This document shows positions 40,553 to 49,983 of a DNA stretch of 64,000 nucleotides, one piece after another; position 1 is the first letter of the stretch; each line of letters starts with the position of its first letter. Source of the stretch: a virus (Duplodnaviria > Caudoviricetes); the IMG/VR virus record IMGVR_UViG_3300012007_000013, positions 1 to 64,000 of that record; one strand, 5' to 3'. A program made the position numbers and the translations under genes. The notes under the pieces are model-generated. The model saw nothing but the letters and a program-made list of their open reading frames with translations, did no database searches and was not told the DNA's origin.

Positions 40553-40906
40553 CTAGTTCGTAATTCTCTTTTTTACAGGCGGTCGCTTCTCAAGAGTTGC
40601 GACCGCTTCCACTTCTGTACGGAGGAATCCGACTTTGTGGTTGTTTATCGTGTGCGTTTTTACACCGTGTTTTGCGAGCACTTTCTGCATTGCCTCACGC
40701 GAGCCTATGTTAAGGATACGCATTGCATCGTCGTAAGTCACGAAAGAGTCTTCCCTAAAGTAGCCTTTGTTTTCGGCGTTGACGCGACCGAGCATATAAC
40801 CTATCTGCTCGTCGTTGCATTCGCCGTTCTCCATTCTGTGGAGGATGTCCTTTAAATATCGTATCGCCTCTTTCATAAGTGGCGATTTTACTTTTCCGCC
40901 TTCCAT
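40553..40906 (-). CDS. Protein with a C-terminal HTH-like (excisionase/MerR-type) segment
   Basis: YDDAMRILNIGSREAMQKVLAKHGV. Confidence 0.55.
   Translation of the reverse strand: MEGGKVKSPLMKEAIRYLKDILHRMENGECNDEQIGYMLGRVNAENKGYFREDSFVTYDDAMRILNIGSREAMQKVLAKHGVKTHTINNHKVGFLRTEVEAVATLEKRPPVKKRITN
40579..40606. terminator. Hairpin at the convergent junction
   Basis: GCGGTCGC...GCGACCGC. Confidence 0.55.
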
Positions 40907-41262
40907 ATCTTCTTTAATCTTTGTACTCTTACGAAGTGGCGTATAGCGAGAGTTGTCGTGGTGAGAAGACCTATGGCGATAATAGTTGGTGGTATATATA
41001 CAGTCCAATTAATCGGCAGAAAATCAAATATATTGTTTGTGCAGACTAACGTATCAGAAATCAATATACCATAAGCAGTATAATTAATAAACCGACAATG
41101 GTACACGCCTTGTTTAGATATGCACAAGCAAGTGCATAGTTCAAAAAGCAAATAGTATGTTTGCGACCATATATTTATGTCAAAAAGCATTTCAGTAACA
41201 TAGCAAAGTGTTAAATATATTGCTACGCTGACAACGCTCATCCTTATTGTAAATTTACTCAT
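40888..41262 (-). CDS. Multi-pass membrane protein
   Basis: About four hydrophobic segments. Confidence 0.7.
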   Translation of the reverse strand: MSKFTIRMSVVSVAIYLTLCYVTEMLFDINIWSQTYYLLFELCTCLCISKQGVYHCRFINYTAYGILISDTLVCTNNIFDFLPINWTVYIPPTIIAIGLLTTTTLAIRHFVRVQRLKKIWKAEK

Positions 41263-41378
41263 TTTTTCTTTGATTTTGCTTTGAATGTTGCGACATTATG
41301 TAATAATGAGTTCCTTGCCGTCCTGTTCGGTCTTACTTTCGCTTTCGCCTTGACTTTCACTCTTCTACGTCTTGCCAT
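41259..41378 (-). CDS. 39-aa Arg/Lys-rich peptide
   Basis: MARRRRVKVKAKAKVRPNRTARNSLLHNVATFKAKSKKK; ATGA-coupled to 41262. Confidence 0.6.
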   Translation of the reverse strand: MARRRRVKVKAKAKVRPNRTARNSLLHNVATFKAKSKKK

Positions 41379-41597
41379 AATTTATTCAATTTTTCAACAT
41401 TAACGAAAAAGGCAATGTTTTATTGCCGAATGTCATAGGAAAATGTCAAAAGAATTTGCAAATTCTATTTTGGTATTGCAAATCACTCGTTTACGTATAG
41501 AAAAGAATTCAGTAGTTCTTTGTGCATTCCTGTCTTACCTTTGCATCCGTGACGTCACACAAACAAACGGATTTATTAACCTTAAAACTCGAAAACA

Positions 41598-42515
41598 ATG
41601 AGTGAAACTATCGTGGTTCCCGACAATGGGAACAACAACATGAACAACGCTCTGCCTTGGATGCTCGCCAACAACGGCTATGGCAATGGCGGTTTCCTTG
41701 GCGGCGGTTTCGGCACGGGCTTCTTCGGCGGTATCCTCGGCGGTATCCTCACCAACTGGCTCGGCGGAAATGGCTGGGGCTTTGGCGGAAATGGTATGAA
41801 CGGTGCTGGTGCGGCTGCCGCCCTCGGCGCTCAGGCTACCGCAAACAACAACACTGACCTTCTGATGAACGCCATCACCAACAGCGGCGAGCGTCAGCAC
41901 GAGGCTGTACAGACCCTCAGCACTATGCTCGGTCAGGACTTTAACCTTGTGAACCAAGGTGTGCAGACTATGCAGTCCGCCCTCGCGACCATCGCTGCAA
42001 ATCAGGGCATGAACACTATGCAGGTGGTGAACGCCATCCAGCAGGGCAATATGACGCTCGCACAGTCTATGTGTGACTGCTGCTGCCAGACGCAGAAGCA
42101 GATTATGCAGCAGGGCTACGAGAACCAAATCGCCACCCTGAATCAGACCAACAGCCTGAACACTACAATCAACGGAAACGGTCAGCGCACTGTCGACGCT
42201 ATCGCCGACCTCAAGACCTCGATGATTTCTGAGTTCTGTGCCGCTCGTGAGCGCGACATGCAGGCTAAGATTGACACGCAGGCCGAAATCATTACGCAGT
42301 TGCGTAACGCAGCCGACAATGCCAATCAAACCAACCAAATCGCTGCCATGATTGCCCCGTTGCAGGCTAAACTGGTCGCCATCGAGAACCGTCAGCCCAA
42401 CACTGTCAGCGTGCCTTACCCCCAGCTTTCTGTCGTGAACACCACGCCTTATATGGGCGGTTTCTATGGCAACGGTTGGTATGGTAACGGATTCGGTAAC
42501 AGCATCACGTTCTAA
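41598..42515 (+). CDS. Gly/Asn/Gln-rich protein with glycine-zipper-like segment and coiled coil
   Basis: GFLGGGFGTGFFGGILGGIL; CDCCC; strong codon bias. Confidence 0.8.
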   Translation: MSETIVVPDNGNNNMNNALPWMLANNGYGNGGFLGGGFGTGFFGGILGGILTNWLGGNGWGFGGNGMNGAGAAAALGAQATANNNTDLLMNAITNSGERQHEAVQTLSTMLGQDFNLVNQGVQTMQSALATIAANQGMNTMQVVNAIQQGNMTLAQSMCDCCCQTQKQIMQQGYENQIATLNQTNSLNTTINGNGQRTVDAIADLKTSMISEFCAARERDMQAKIDTQAEIITQLRNAADNANQTNQIAAMIAPLQAKLVAIENRQPNTVSVPYPQLSVVNTTPYMGGFYGNGWYGNGFGNSITF

Positions 42516-42543
42516 ACGCAATAACGGATAAGGAGGTAAAAGC

Positions 42544-42879
42544 ATGAGTTGTAATCCCAATATTACAGTAAATGCAGGCGGAATACCCGTATTGCAGTCC
42601 ACAAACATCAGCGTAGGTACTGAGAGTGTCAATATCGGACTTGGTTTCCGTAACATTCGCCCGATGGGCAAGTTCATCGTCGAGTTGTCGGATGTCATTC
42701 CTGCCGATGCAACGACCACGTTGCCTGTGACGCTTACCCTCAACGGAACGACGAGACCTCTGACCTTGCCAAACTCCGTACCGGTAACTGTCGCCGAATT
42801 GACAAGTGTCAGTGCCTTTGAGGTGTACAACAACCGTTTCAAGGGTTACTTGATGCTGATGTCACGCACGACCGAATAA
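42544..42879 (+). CDS. Small beta-rich hypothetical protein
   Basis: Thr/Val/Pro-rich; second gene of the operon. Confidence 0.7.
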   Translation: MSCNPNITVNAGGIPVLQSTNISVGTESVNIGLGFRNIRPMGKFIVELSDVIPADATTTLPVTLTLNGTTRPLTLPNSVPVTVAELTSVSAFEVYNNRFKGYLMLMSRTTE

Positions 42880-43528
42880 TGCTATCTCGGATTGGGTAGC
42901 GAGTTCTTTGACATATTGACAAGTTTTCGTAGTCTTCGAGGTACATCCATTTGAACCCACCACCTTGGGAGTACAATCCTCGACAACACTGGCTGATGCT
43001 TCCTTGGCAAACACCAGTGTGTTTGGATGCTTCAACGATACTTACGTATTTCGCTACAAAAGCATTCTCAATCGTCAACTGGATTACTTTCCTTCGTTGG
43101 TACGCAGTTTGATGGATAGTCGTTGCCATACGTTCGTTGTGTCGGCCATAGTTGCAGTTATAAGATTGAGTACACCACTCAAGATTTTCTGAATTATTAT
43201 TCTCGGGATTTTCGTCCTTGTGATTTATATAAGGCAGGTTATCTGGGTTTTGTATAAAAGAATTTGCAACAAGTCGATGAATCAAAAATTGTTTACGATG
43301 TTTTTCTCCGTCTGATAAGACGACAGATAGGTATACACTCGACTTCCTCGGTTTGATTAGTTGTGGTTTTCTGAAACAGACTCTATCCCCACAAAGATAG
43401 GGTGCAGAGAAAGACACTATTCTTCCAAGGTTAGAAACGGCATATCGGCCTTCGTAACCGACTACATCTCGCCAATCCTCTCCCTCCAATTTAATGGAAT
43501 TGATGAACTCTTCGTTTGTCATTGCCAA
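42839..43528 (-). CDS. NUMOD4-HNH-NUMOD1 homing endonuclease
   Basis: EDWRDVVGYEGRYAVSNLGR; IHRLVA...INHKDENPENN...NLEWCT; own -7 box at 43623-43630. Confidence 0.9.
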   Translation of the reverse strand: MAMTNEEFINSIKLEGEDWRDVVGYEGRYAVSNLGRIVSFSAPYLCGDRVCFRKPQLIKPRKSSVYLSVVLSDGEKHRKQFLIHRLVANSFIQNPDNLPYINHKDENPENNNSENLEWCTQSYNCNYGRHNERMATTIHQTAYQRRKVIQLTIENAFVAKYVSIVEASKHTGVCQGSISQCCRGLYSQGGGFKWMYLEDYENLSICQRTRYPIRDSIIRSCVTSASSNP

Positions 43529-43681
43529 TCGTTTTAAGTTACGCCAACGATTTGAAAAAGAGGGAAAAGGGCGTTGGCTTACCCCTTGTCAATAGGTCAT
43601 GACTCCTACCTATTCCCAATTGCAAAGATACGAATAAAAATTGAATTAACAACAACTTTTAACAAAAAAAACGAAGAAACT

Positions 43682-44224
43682 ATGTTTGGAGCGTTAAAGA
43701 CAGGTTCGCTGATATACGTTTTGTACAAAGGCGATGCTCCCTACCTCAAAATGGGAGAATTGGTGGCAAATCCAGTGCTGCGTCCGAAGCAGAATCCCCA
43801 ACTTATGCCGAATCCATTGCAGTTTGAACAAGTGCTTGATTTGGTGGTCAAGGTCGGGGACGACACTAAAAATTTCACCAATGTACCACCCAATGCGTCG
43901 TTCTGTGATGCAGGTTCTGGGTACATCATATCCGATGACAAGAATGAAATAACCAACGAAGTGGAGAAATTTGGTGCATACAGTCAGAACATATTGAACG
44001 CCATACCATTCCACAAAAAAGTCGTTTCATCCGTCAAGCAGATGATGATAGACCTCAATCCAAGCCTACAGAAGGAGGCGCAGAGGGATGATGAGATGTC
44101 CAAGATGAAGTCAGAAATGACCGAGTTGCGGAACACCATCGGTGAGTTGGCAAACCTGTTGAAAGGCGCTATGACACCTGCTGCCCCAAGCATGGGTTCT
44201 TCGTTAATTAGAAAGGAGCAGTAA
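43682..44224 (+). CDS. Hypothetical protein with a C-terminal coiled coil
   Basis: MFGALKTGSLIYVL start; continues the operon after the HNH. Confidence 0.75.
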   Translation: MFGALKTGSLIYVLYKGDAPYLKMGELVANPVLRPKQNPQLMPNPLQFEQVLDLVVKVGDDTKNFTNVPPNASFCDAGSGYIISDDKNEITNEVEKFGAYSQNILNAIPFHKKVVSSVKQMMIDLNPSLQKEAQRDDEMSKMKSEMTELRNTIGELANLLKGAMTPAAPSMGSSLIRKEQ

Positions 44225-44226
44225 AA

Positions 44227-44475
44227 ATGGCTTACGTTATAATCCAGAAAAAGGACAAAAAGAAGATGTCCGCAATGGTCGAGGACATTCTCTACACCGC
44301 CGGTGAACTGATGCACTGCGTCGAGGAGATGCGTGAGGACGGATACGGCGACCGCTACTACGGAGACCGCTACGGCGACCGTTACGGTATGGGAATGCGC
44401 GACGGTGGTCGCTACGGCAACCGCGACTGGGACGACGACGAGATGAACGAGCGTCGCCGTTACCCCAGATACTAA
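44227..44475 (+). CDS. Small low-complexity GDRY-repeat protein
   Basis: YGDRYYGDRYGDRYG...RRRYPRY. Confidence 0.75.
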   Translation: MAYVIIQKKDKKKMSAMVEDILYTAGELMHCVEEMREDGYGDRYYGDRYGDRYGMGMRDGGRYGNRDWDDDEMNERRRYPRY

Positions 44476-44489
44476 ACGTTCCAAACGTG

Positions 44490-44531
44490 GGAGGGGAGCG
44501 ATGAGGCTTGTTCCCTTTGCCCCCTCCTTTT
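44490..44531 (+). terminator. Intrinsic terminator/attenuator
   Basis: GGAGGGG...CCCCTCC followed by a T-run. Confidence 0.6.
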
Positions 44532-44556
44532 TTAAAATTATTAAATAAAAAAAACA

Positions 44557-44976
44557 ATGAGTTTACCTTTAGACTATATGGATGAAATTCCGAGAAGTAT
44601 GCGCCGCTATCTTGACTACTACGGATGGCATTTCAACAAGCCTGCATACGAATATGCCGCATCATTGATGTGGAAAGAAGACAAGGACGGAAAAAAGACA
44701 AAAGTCGAGCCTGTCAAAAAGGAGGAGGTCGACAAAATCCTCAAAGATAACAATGTCGAAATCGAAAACAAGGGCAATTGGGATTATATGTACTGGGCAA
44801 TGCAGTGCAAGGCAGACCTTATGCCCGAGGCTATCGAGGACGAAAAGCACATGGCAAAATACGTCAAGATGATGACAGACGACCCCGATGTCCCCGATGA
44901 CGTCACATTCCGTATTTTCTATGCCAAGTGTGTTGCCGCAGGCAGAGGCATACCTTTTGAAGAATTTCTTGATTGA
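44557..44976 (+). CDS. Conserved hypothetical helical protein
   Basis: YLDYYGWHFNK, WDYMYWAMQCKAD. Confidence 0.75.
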   Translation: MSLPLDYMDEIPRSMRRYLDYYGWHFNKPAYEYAASLMWKEDKDGKKTKVEPVKKEEVDKILKDNNVEIENKGNWDYMYWAMQCKADLMPEAIEDEKHMAKYVKMMTDDPDVPDDVTFRIFYAKCVAAGRGIPFEEFLD

Positions 44977-45395
44977 TTATGCTACGCCAGCGTATATACA
45001 TACCGCGTTACCATTGGGAGGTTGTCGTCTATTATGAGAGCGACTACCGTGATGCGTCGTACATACTCAGGGAACTTGACGAGACGGGTGTGGACAATGA
45101 TACTTATTGGAAGGCGGCAAGGAATCTCGAGGCTGGGCTTACTGATACGGGGCTGACGTACTCCAATATGGAAGACGGGAAGTCTATTATCGTTTTGTCC
45201 AAGGCGTCGTCTAAAGCGGAGTTTGCCAATACTTGGTTCCACGAACTGATACATTGTGCAAACCATATAGCGTTAGCGAACGGACTTGACCCGATGGGCG
45301 AACCGATAGCGTATGTCGGCGGAGAACTCGCACGTTCTATGCAGCCGATTGCAGCACGTCTTATGTGTCCAACCTGCGAAAAAAGAAAGATATGA
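44973..45395 (+). CDS. HExxH zincin-like small protein
   Basis: WFHELIHCANH...EPIAY. Confidence 0.65.
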   Translation: MIMLRQRIYIPRYHWEVVVYYESDYRDASYILRELDETGVDNDTYWKAARNLEAGLTDTGLTYSNMEDGKSIIVLSKASSKAEFANTWFHELIHCANHIALANGLDPMGEPIAYVGGELARSMQPIAARLMCPTCEKRKI

Positions 45396-45573
45396 AACGG
45401 AAAAAAGAGAAATATATACCCTTAGAAAAGGTGTTGCAATATGAATGTCTGACTGACATTCTGATGTTTGCACACCTTTTTTATTTGGAGTAGCGTACAT
45501 TTTCAAAAAAAGTTGTATTTTTGTATTGGAAAAGGAAAACCTTTTTCTGTGTATAACTTTTAATATCAATAAT

Positions 45574-46083
45574 ATGGCTTACGGGGAATATACGCACAAG
45601 ATGCAAAGAATAGATAAAACTGGTTACAACGTCATTGATATTGAGGATGAGTTCCAAGGTTTAATCTACCTCAATGCAAAAGGGATGAATGATGTCGGCA
45701 AGGCGAAGAATATCTATACGGAGACTTATGCTGACAGTGACGATTTGCGTGTCTACGTTCCCGAAAGCGATACGGTTTTTGAAAACGGCAGGGAAGTCGA
45801 TTCATATACCAATGAAGCGACAGTTATCACTATGAGTTTCGCTGTCGTGGGTGATGCCTATATGCGCCAATTGGTGATAGACAGGTTTGAAAGTTATCTT
45901 CGGCACGGCGTGCATCTGTATAAGGATAATGCAAGAAATAGAGAGTTCCGTTTTGTCGTCCAAGATGAGATAAAAGTGAGCGACGAAAAATGGCACGGCA
46001 ATACGCCCTACATTATCTTGGAAGTTCCTATGCAGAACTTGAACGGCAAGACCAGACTGTTACAATACTCAGAAACCTTTTGA
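45574..46083 (+). CDS. Distal-tail (Dit)-like protein, copy 2
   Basis: IDIEDEFQGLIYLNAKGM...AKNIYTETYADSD; DEIKVSDEKWHG nearly identical to copy 1 (DDIKVSDEKWHG). Confidence 0.5.
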   Translation: MAYGEYTHKMQRIDKTGYNVIDIEDEFQGLIYLNAKGMNDVGKAKNIYTETYADSDDLRVYVPESDTVFENGREVDSYTNEATVITMSFAVVGDAYMRQLVIDRFESYLRHGVHLYKDNARNREFRFVVQDEIKVSDEKWHGNTPYIILEVPMQNLNGKTRLLQYSETF

Positions 46084-46095
46084 GTATTTTAAAAA

Positions 46096-46123
46096 GAAAG
46101 GGTTCCATTTTATGAACCCTTTC
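46096..46123. terminator. Bidirectional terminator
   Basis: GAAAGGGTTC-N8-GAACCCTTTC between convergent arms. Confidence 0.75.
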
Positions 46124-46154
46124 CACTTAAATATACACAAATGACACTAATTTT

Positions 46155-46739
46155 TCATTGATTGTTTTTCTTGGCTTGAAATTCCTTTTCCAATCCGGTA
46201 GCGAAATTTTCAATCATTTCGTTCATTTGAACGATAGCCTTGTCGTATTCGGGGTTGTTCGTCTCTTCAGTGGGCACTTCTCCCATTTTTTGCAGCAGGT
46301 TCATATACATAATCCCCATTGTGGCAATATTGAGCGTTGTCTGCGGATGAGACAGTACGAACATCGGCAGACGGAAGACCAATTCTGCTGCGGAAAGCAT
46401 TAGTTCAACACCCTCACGCTCGTCCTTGTCTGTGATGTCGCTCGGAACGCCGTCCATAATCTGCTGCAATGCAGACGCTGTAGACATCAGTTTGTCGTCT
46501 ACAAGCACATCGTAACCGCCGTGGTAGTGGAGCAGGTATCCGTTACGGGTCTTGTGGAGTTTGTATATTTCTCCGTCCTTTGTCTCTTGGATGTCGTTTT
46601 TCGTCACGATGAGGGGGCAATCCGCGTCGTGCTGCGCGATTTCCTCGTATGTGAGTTTGTCGAGGAGTTCGCGGGTCTCTATGGGGTCTGTGCTCAACTC
46701 AACGAGACGTTCCCTGATTTTTATGATTTCGTCAGTCAT
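46155..46739 (-). CDS. Hypothetical protein
   Basis: 194-aa ORF in the leftward operon. Confidence 0.65.
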   Translation of the reverse strand: MTDEIIKIRERLVELSTDPIETRELLDKLTYEEIAQHDADCPLIVTKNDIQETKDGEIYKLHKTRNGYLLHYHGGYDVLVDDKLMSTASALQQIMDGVPSDITDKDEREGVELMLSAAELVFRLPMFVLSHPQTTLNIATMGIMYMNLLQKMGEVPTEETNNPEYDKAIVQMNEMIENFATGLEKEFQAKKNNQ

Positions 46740-46905
46740 TTACTTTGTTGTATTGTTTTAACCACCCCATTTGCCAACAACGGTAAAGGAAATTGTTTAA
46801 TACCGCCATTTCAGCGTGAGATGTTTTGATGTTTGTTTTTTCAAGAATGTCTTTTTTTGCTGCTTCAATTATCTCAAAGCGGACGTCATTACACGTATCG
46901 CCCAT
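46732..46905 (-). CDS. 57-aa hypothetical protein
   Basis: Manual ORF ...LNNFLYRCWQMGWLKQY; fills the gap between neighbours. Confidence 0.6.
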   Translation of the reverse strand: MGDTCNDVRFEIIEAAKKDILEKTNIKTSHAEMAVLNNFLYRCWQMGWLKQYNKVND

Positions 46906-46908
46906 CAA

Positions 46909-47340
46909 TTATTCCTCCAAGGCTTTGAGTTGTTGGAATACTGCCGCCTTGACGACCTCTTTGTTGAGTTGGTCGATGTCCATACCGTCGAAATAACCGC
47001 CGACGGCATAGGGCAGGTTGAGCGACTTCAAATATGCGATACGGTCGCTTTCGTCGGAGTCCTTGGGGAATTTCTTGATGTACTGTTTGTCGAGTACGAT
47101 ATACGGATAGACCTCTTCTATTTTGACGAGCGCCGCTGTTGCGCCATTGACGTATGTTACACGGTAGGAGAGGTCGGCGTTTCGTTTTACGACGCCGTAT
47201 GCCACACTGTTGTTGGCAAGGCGGATTTTTGCGATTGCCTCAATCCAAAGGGACTTATTGGGGTCAGCCTTCTTCGGGAGGGTTGTGAGGTGCGCGAAAT
47301 TGAGCGCATCGGAAATCAGTTTCTGTTCGTATATGTCCAT
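46909..47340 (-). CDS. Hypothetical protein
   Basis: ORF in the operon. Confidence 0.6.
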   Translation of the reverse strand: MDIYEQKLISDALNFAHLTTLPKKADPNKSLWIEAIAKIRLANNSVAYGVVKRNADLSYRVTYVNGATAALVKIEEVYPYIVLDKQYIKKFPKDSDESDRIAYLKSLNLPYAVGGYFDGMDIDQLNKEVVKAAVFQQLKALEE

Positions 47341-47352
47341 TGTTTTTTGTTT

Positions 47353-47640
47353 TTATTTGATTGGCAACTTTTTGACTTTCTCGCAAATTTCATTGGAGAA
47401 TTTAGCGTGAGGCGTGTAGTGTGCTGGGATGACAATCTGTTCGTTTTTCTTGATGTTCCGTCCGACTTTTTCTGCTCTCTTTAAAGGAGCAATGGTAAAT
47501 AGTCCACGGATGTAAATCGGTTCGCCGTTGCAAACCGAATCGGCAACGATGTCGATTGCTTCGTCAATTACGGCTTGTATAGCCTCTCTTGTAACTCCGG
47601 TCTTGCGAAAGACCTCATCAATAATGTCTTTTTTTGTCAT
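47353..47640 (-). CDS. hup: HU/IHF-family DNA-binding protein
   Basis: MTKKDII...GEPIYIRGLFT...RAEKVGRNIKKNEQIVIPA. Confidence 0.9.
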   Translation of the reverse strand: MTKKDIIDEVFRKTGVTREAIQAVIDEAIDIVADSVCNGEPIYIRGLFTIAPLKRAEKVGRNIKKNEQIVIPAHYTPHAKFSNEICEKVKKLPIK

Positions 47641-47685
47641 AATTTTACTGTTTTTTGATTTGCAAAAATACGAATATTTTTTGAA

Positions 47686-48045
47686 TTAGATGTTACTTTT
47701 AATAAAATCTTCGGTTTCCATAACTTCTTCTGTCTCTTTTGTTACGTGCTTGTCCTTAATCATACCGCCTATCTTGTGGTTTGCGAAAGCCTCGATTTGT
47801 GCTGTGGAGAGTCTCTTTATCTGGTTTCTTGGTATGAACTTCATAAGGAAGTGAGAGAAGCGTGACTTTGGTTCACGGTATCCGAAAGCGCGGAACCATA
47901 ATTGTATTTCGTCTCCCCACATAACGATGTCGTTGTCCTTGAAAGGGATGAATATGCCTTTTTCGACAGCACCGTCCTCCTCCACTTCCATAATCTTGGT
48001 GCGGATAAGCGAGTTCAATACGATTTTACCGACGAAATGGCTCAT
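47686..48045 (-). CDS. Hypothetical protein
   Basis: GKIVLNSL...EKGIFIPF. Confidence 0.6.
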   Translation of the reverse strand: MSHFVGKIVLNSLIRTKIMEVEEDGAVEKGIFIPFKDNDIVMWGDEIQLWFRAFGYREPKSRFSHFLMKFIPRNQIKRLSTAQIEAFANHKIGGMIKDKHVTKETEEVMETEDFIKSNI

Positions 48046-48377
48046 TGTCTGACTGAGTTTAGTAACACTTGAACATTAGCTTCCTGTATGGTATCGAGAC
48101 CGAAAGTCTCTTTGACCATCTCTCTGAAACGTGACACCTTTTCGTATACGTTATCTCCGTTGAGGTATCCGTGCTTGATAGCGTAGTTGCTGCAAACGTG
48201 GTAGAATATTGTCGCGGCGTGGAACATATCCTGCTCGTCGTAGTCGATGAAGAATGAAGTCTGTGTGCCGTCCTCGTGTGGAGCGTCGAGGTCAATCATA
48301 GCCTCGTGGAGCATCTCGAGTACCTGACGCACTCTTTCTTCCTGCTGCTTGGCGTGTTGCTGTATTGTATCACTCAT
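48042..48377 (-). CDS. Hypothetical protein
   Basis: ATGA-coupled. Confidence 0.6.
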   Translation of the reverse strand: MSDTIQQHAKQQEERVRQVLEMLHEAMIDLDAPHEDGTQTSFFIDYDEQDMFHAATIFYHVCSNYAIKHGYLNGDNVYEKVSRFREMVKETFGLDTIQEANVQVLLNSVRQ

Positions 48378-48393
48378 AATTTATTGATTTACA

Positions 48394-48804
48394 CTAAAAT
48401 GGCAATTCGTCATCTTCTGGCATTGCGGACGATATAGACTGCGGGGCTAGATTGGATGGATATACAGGTTGTGCGGTCGGCGGTGTATATTGCTGTGCCG
48501 TTGGAGTCTGTTGTGCATGTTGCTGCTGCTGAACAGGGAACACGCTCATGCACTGCAAATCGGTGTACCAACGGTCGTTGTACTCGCGGCTCTGAGGGTT
48601 GTAGTTTACGACAACCTCCATACCCTCTTTCAACCCAGCGCAAGCCTGTAACTTTTGCTCTCCGAAGATTGTGAACGCGGCTTTTGTCGGGTACTCGTCG
48701 CCGTATTCAATAACGATACCGGCCTTTACCCAGTGGTTTCCGCTTGCACTATTGCCCTCCGTCTTTGGGAGGAACTTGATGATTTTACCTGTGATTGTTT
48801 GCAT
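48394..48804 (-). CDS. DUF3127 SSB-like protein
   Basis: ITGKII...SASGNHW...SREYNDRWYTD; Q/P-rich linker and acidic DDELPF tail. Confidence 0.8.
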   Translation of the reverse strand: MQTITGKIIKFLPKTEGNSASGNHWVKAGIVIEYGDEYPTKAAFTIFGEQKLQACAGLKEGMEVVVNYNPQSREYNDRWYTDLQCMSVFPVQQQQHAQQTPTAQQYTPPTAQPVYPSNLAPQSISSAMPEDDELPF

Positions 48805-48825
48805 AATTTATTGAGGTTTTAATAG

Positions 48826-49563
48826 TTAATACATTAGTTGAATTCTGTTTTCTTGTTTGTTCATTTCATCCGCTTTGTTTACCGCTTCAATGAAATTTTG
48901 GGGATTGACAAAAAACTTGTTTAGTTTGTTGAAGGAGGATACAATCTGCGGATTATCGTTAAGGTTAATAACGGTTTTGCCGACGTGTATATCCTGTACA
49001 GTTTCCGAGAGAGACCTTGCGACCTTGAATATTTCTTCAATGCAAAGACCGAGCAAATATTTTGCGTTAGGTGAAATCTTTGACACACTTCGGATGTAAT
49101 CCTTCGCAGTCATAGTGGCATAATCACAGAGAGTGGATGCGCATTCGACTGACGCGACCCAATGTGCATATTGTATTCCTGCGTTCTTGAGGCAGTCTGT
49201 GACAGCATTTTTGAAGTCTGCGATTTTGTCATCAAGGTATCCGTCCATACCCTCGAACAGGTTTGCGATTGAGTATTGGTCTACTTTTGTGTTATTTATA
49301 AAATCCCAATATGCGTTTACTCTTTTCATCAAGGCATTGTAGACCGTATGAACCGCCTTTGATTTGTATGGTATAGTCTTGAGTTCCTCACCGAGGAACT
49401 TGCACGCGTTGCACGCCACGTCGTTCATATAGAGGATTTGGTATACAGCGTAGTTCTCTATGTTTGCAATGCTTTTTTCGTCAAGGTGCTGCATTCTTTC
49501 GGCGGCATCTTTGATTTCTTCCTTATACCTCTGTGATTGTCTTTTCTGTGCTTTGGTTGCCAT
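48826..49563 (-). CDS. Hypothetical helical protein
   Basis: 245-aa ORF. Confidence 0.65.
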   Translation of the reverse strand: MATKAQKRQSQRYKEEIKDAAERMQHLDEKSIANIENYAVYQILYMNDVACNACKFLGEELKTIPYKSKAVHTVYNALMKRVNAYWDFINNTKVDQYSIANLFEGMDGYLDDKIADFKNAVTDCLKNAGIQYAHWVASVECASTLCDYATMTAKDYIRSVSKISPNAKYLLGLCIEEIFKVARSLSETVQDIHVGKTVINLNDNPQIVSSFNKLNKFFVNPQNFIEAVNKADEMNKQENRIQLMY

Positions 49564-49569
49564 AGGGTG

Positions 49570-49980
49570 TTAATTTACTGCTGCGTTTGTGAGTTTTGTT
49601 ATCTTTATGTCTTTTCCGTACAAGGCTTTGAACATTACTCGCTTCTCCTTGAACTCCGGCGTCTCAAATCCCTTGAAGTCCTCAACGACCTCTTCGCCTT
49701 TCTTGTTGACGTAGACAAAATCAGCCTCGTACCAATGCTCTCTGTCGTAACGTTTGAGTTCTATCTCGCGTCCATCGGGAAGTCTGCGGATGTCAACCGT
49801 GCCTTTGGGGAACAGTGTGTACTTTACGTGGTATCTGAGATTGGAGATTTCGCCAGCCTGCTCCATCATTTTAAGGAAATTGTGACGCAATGCTTCATGC
49901 TTACTGTCATACCGTATTCCGTCAACCTCAACTATTTCGTTGTGGTATTTGCTCTTCGGCTTGTTGTACCAATGCGACAT
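49570..49980 (-). CDS. DUF1064-family endonuclease-like protein
   Basis: SKYHN...DGIRYDSKHEA...YEADFVY...VEDFKG. Confidence 0.8.
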   Translation of the reverse strand: MSHWYNKPKSKYHNEIVEVDGIRYDSKHEALRHNFLKMMEQAGEISNLRYHVKYTLFPKGTVDIRRLPDGREIELKRYDREHWYEADFVYVNKKGEEVVEDFKGFETPEFKEKRVMFKALYGKDIKITKLTNAAVN

Positions 49981-49983
49981 TTC

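Noticed and set aside
41535-42842. Long antisense ORFs such as 41535..42842(-), 18802..19812(-) and 17823..18683(-)
   Set aside because: They are shadows of strongly codon-biased sense genes and carry no motifs of their own
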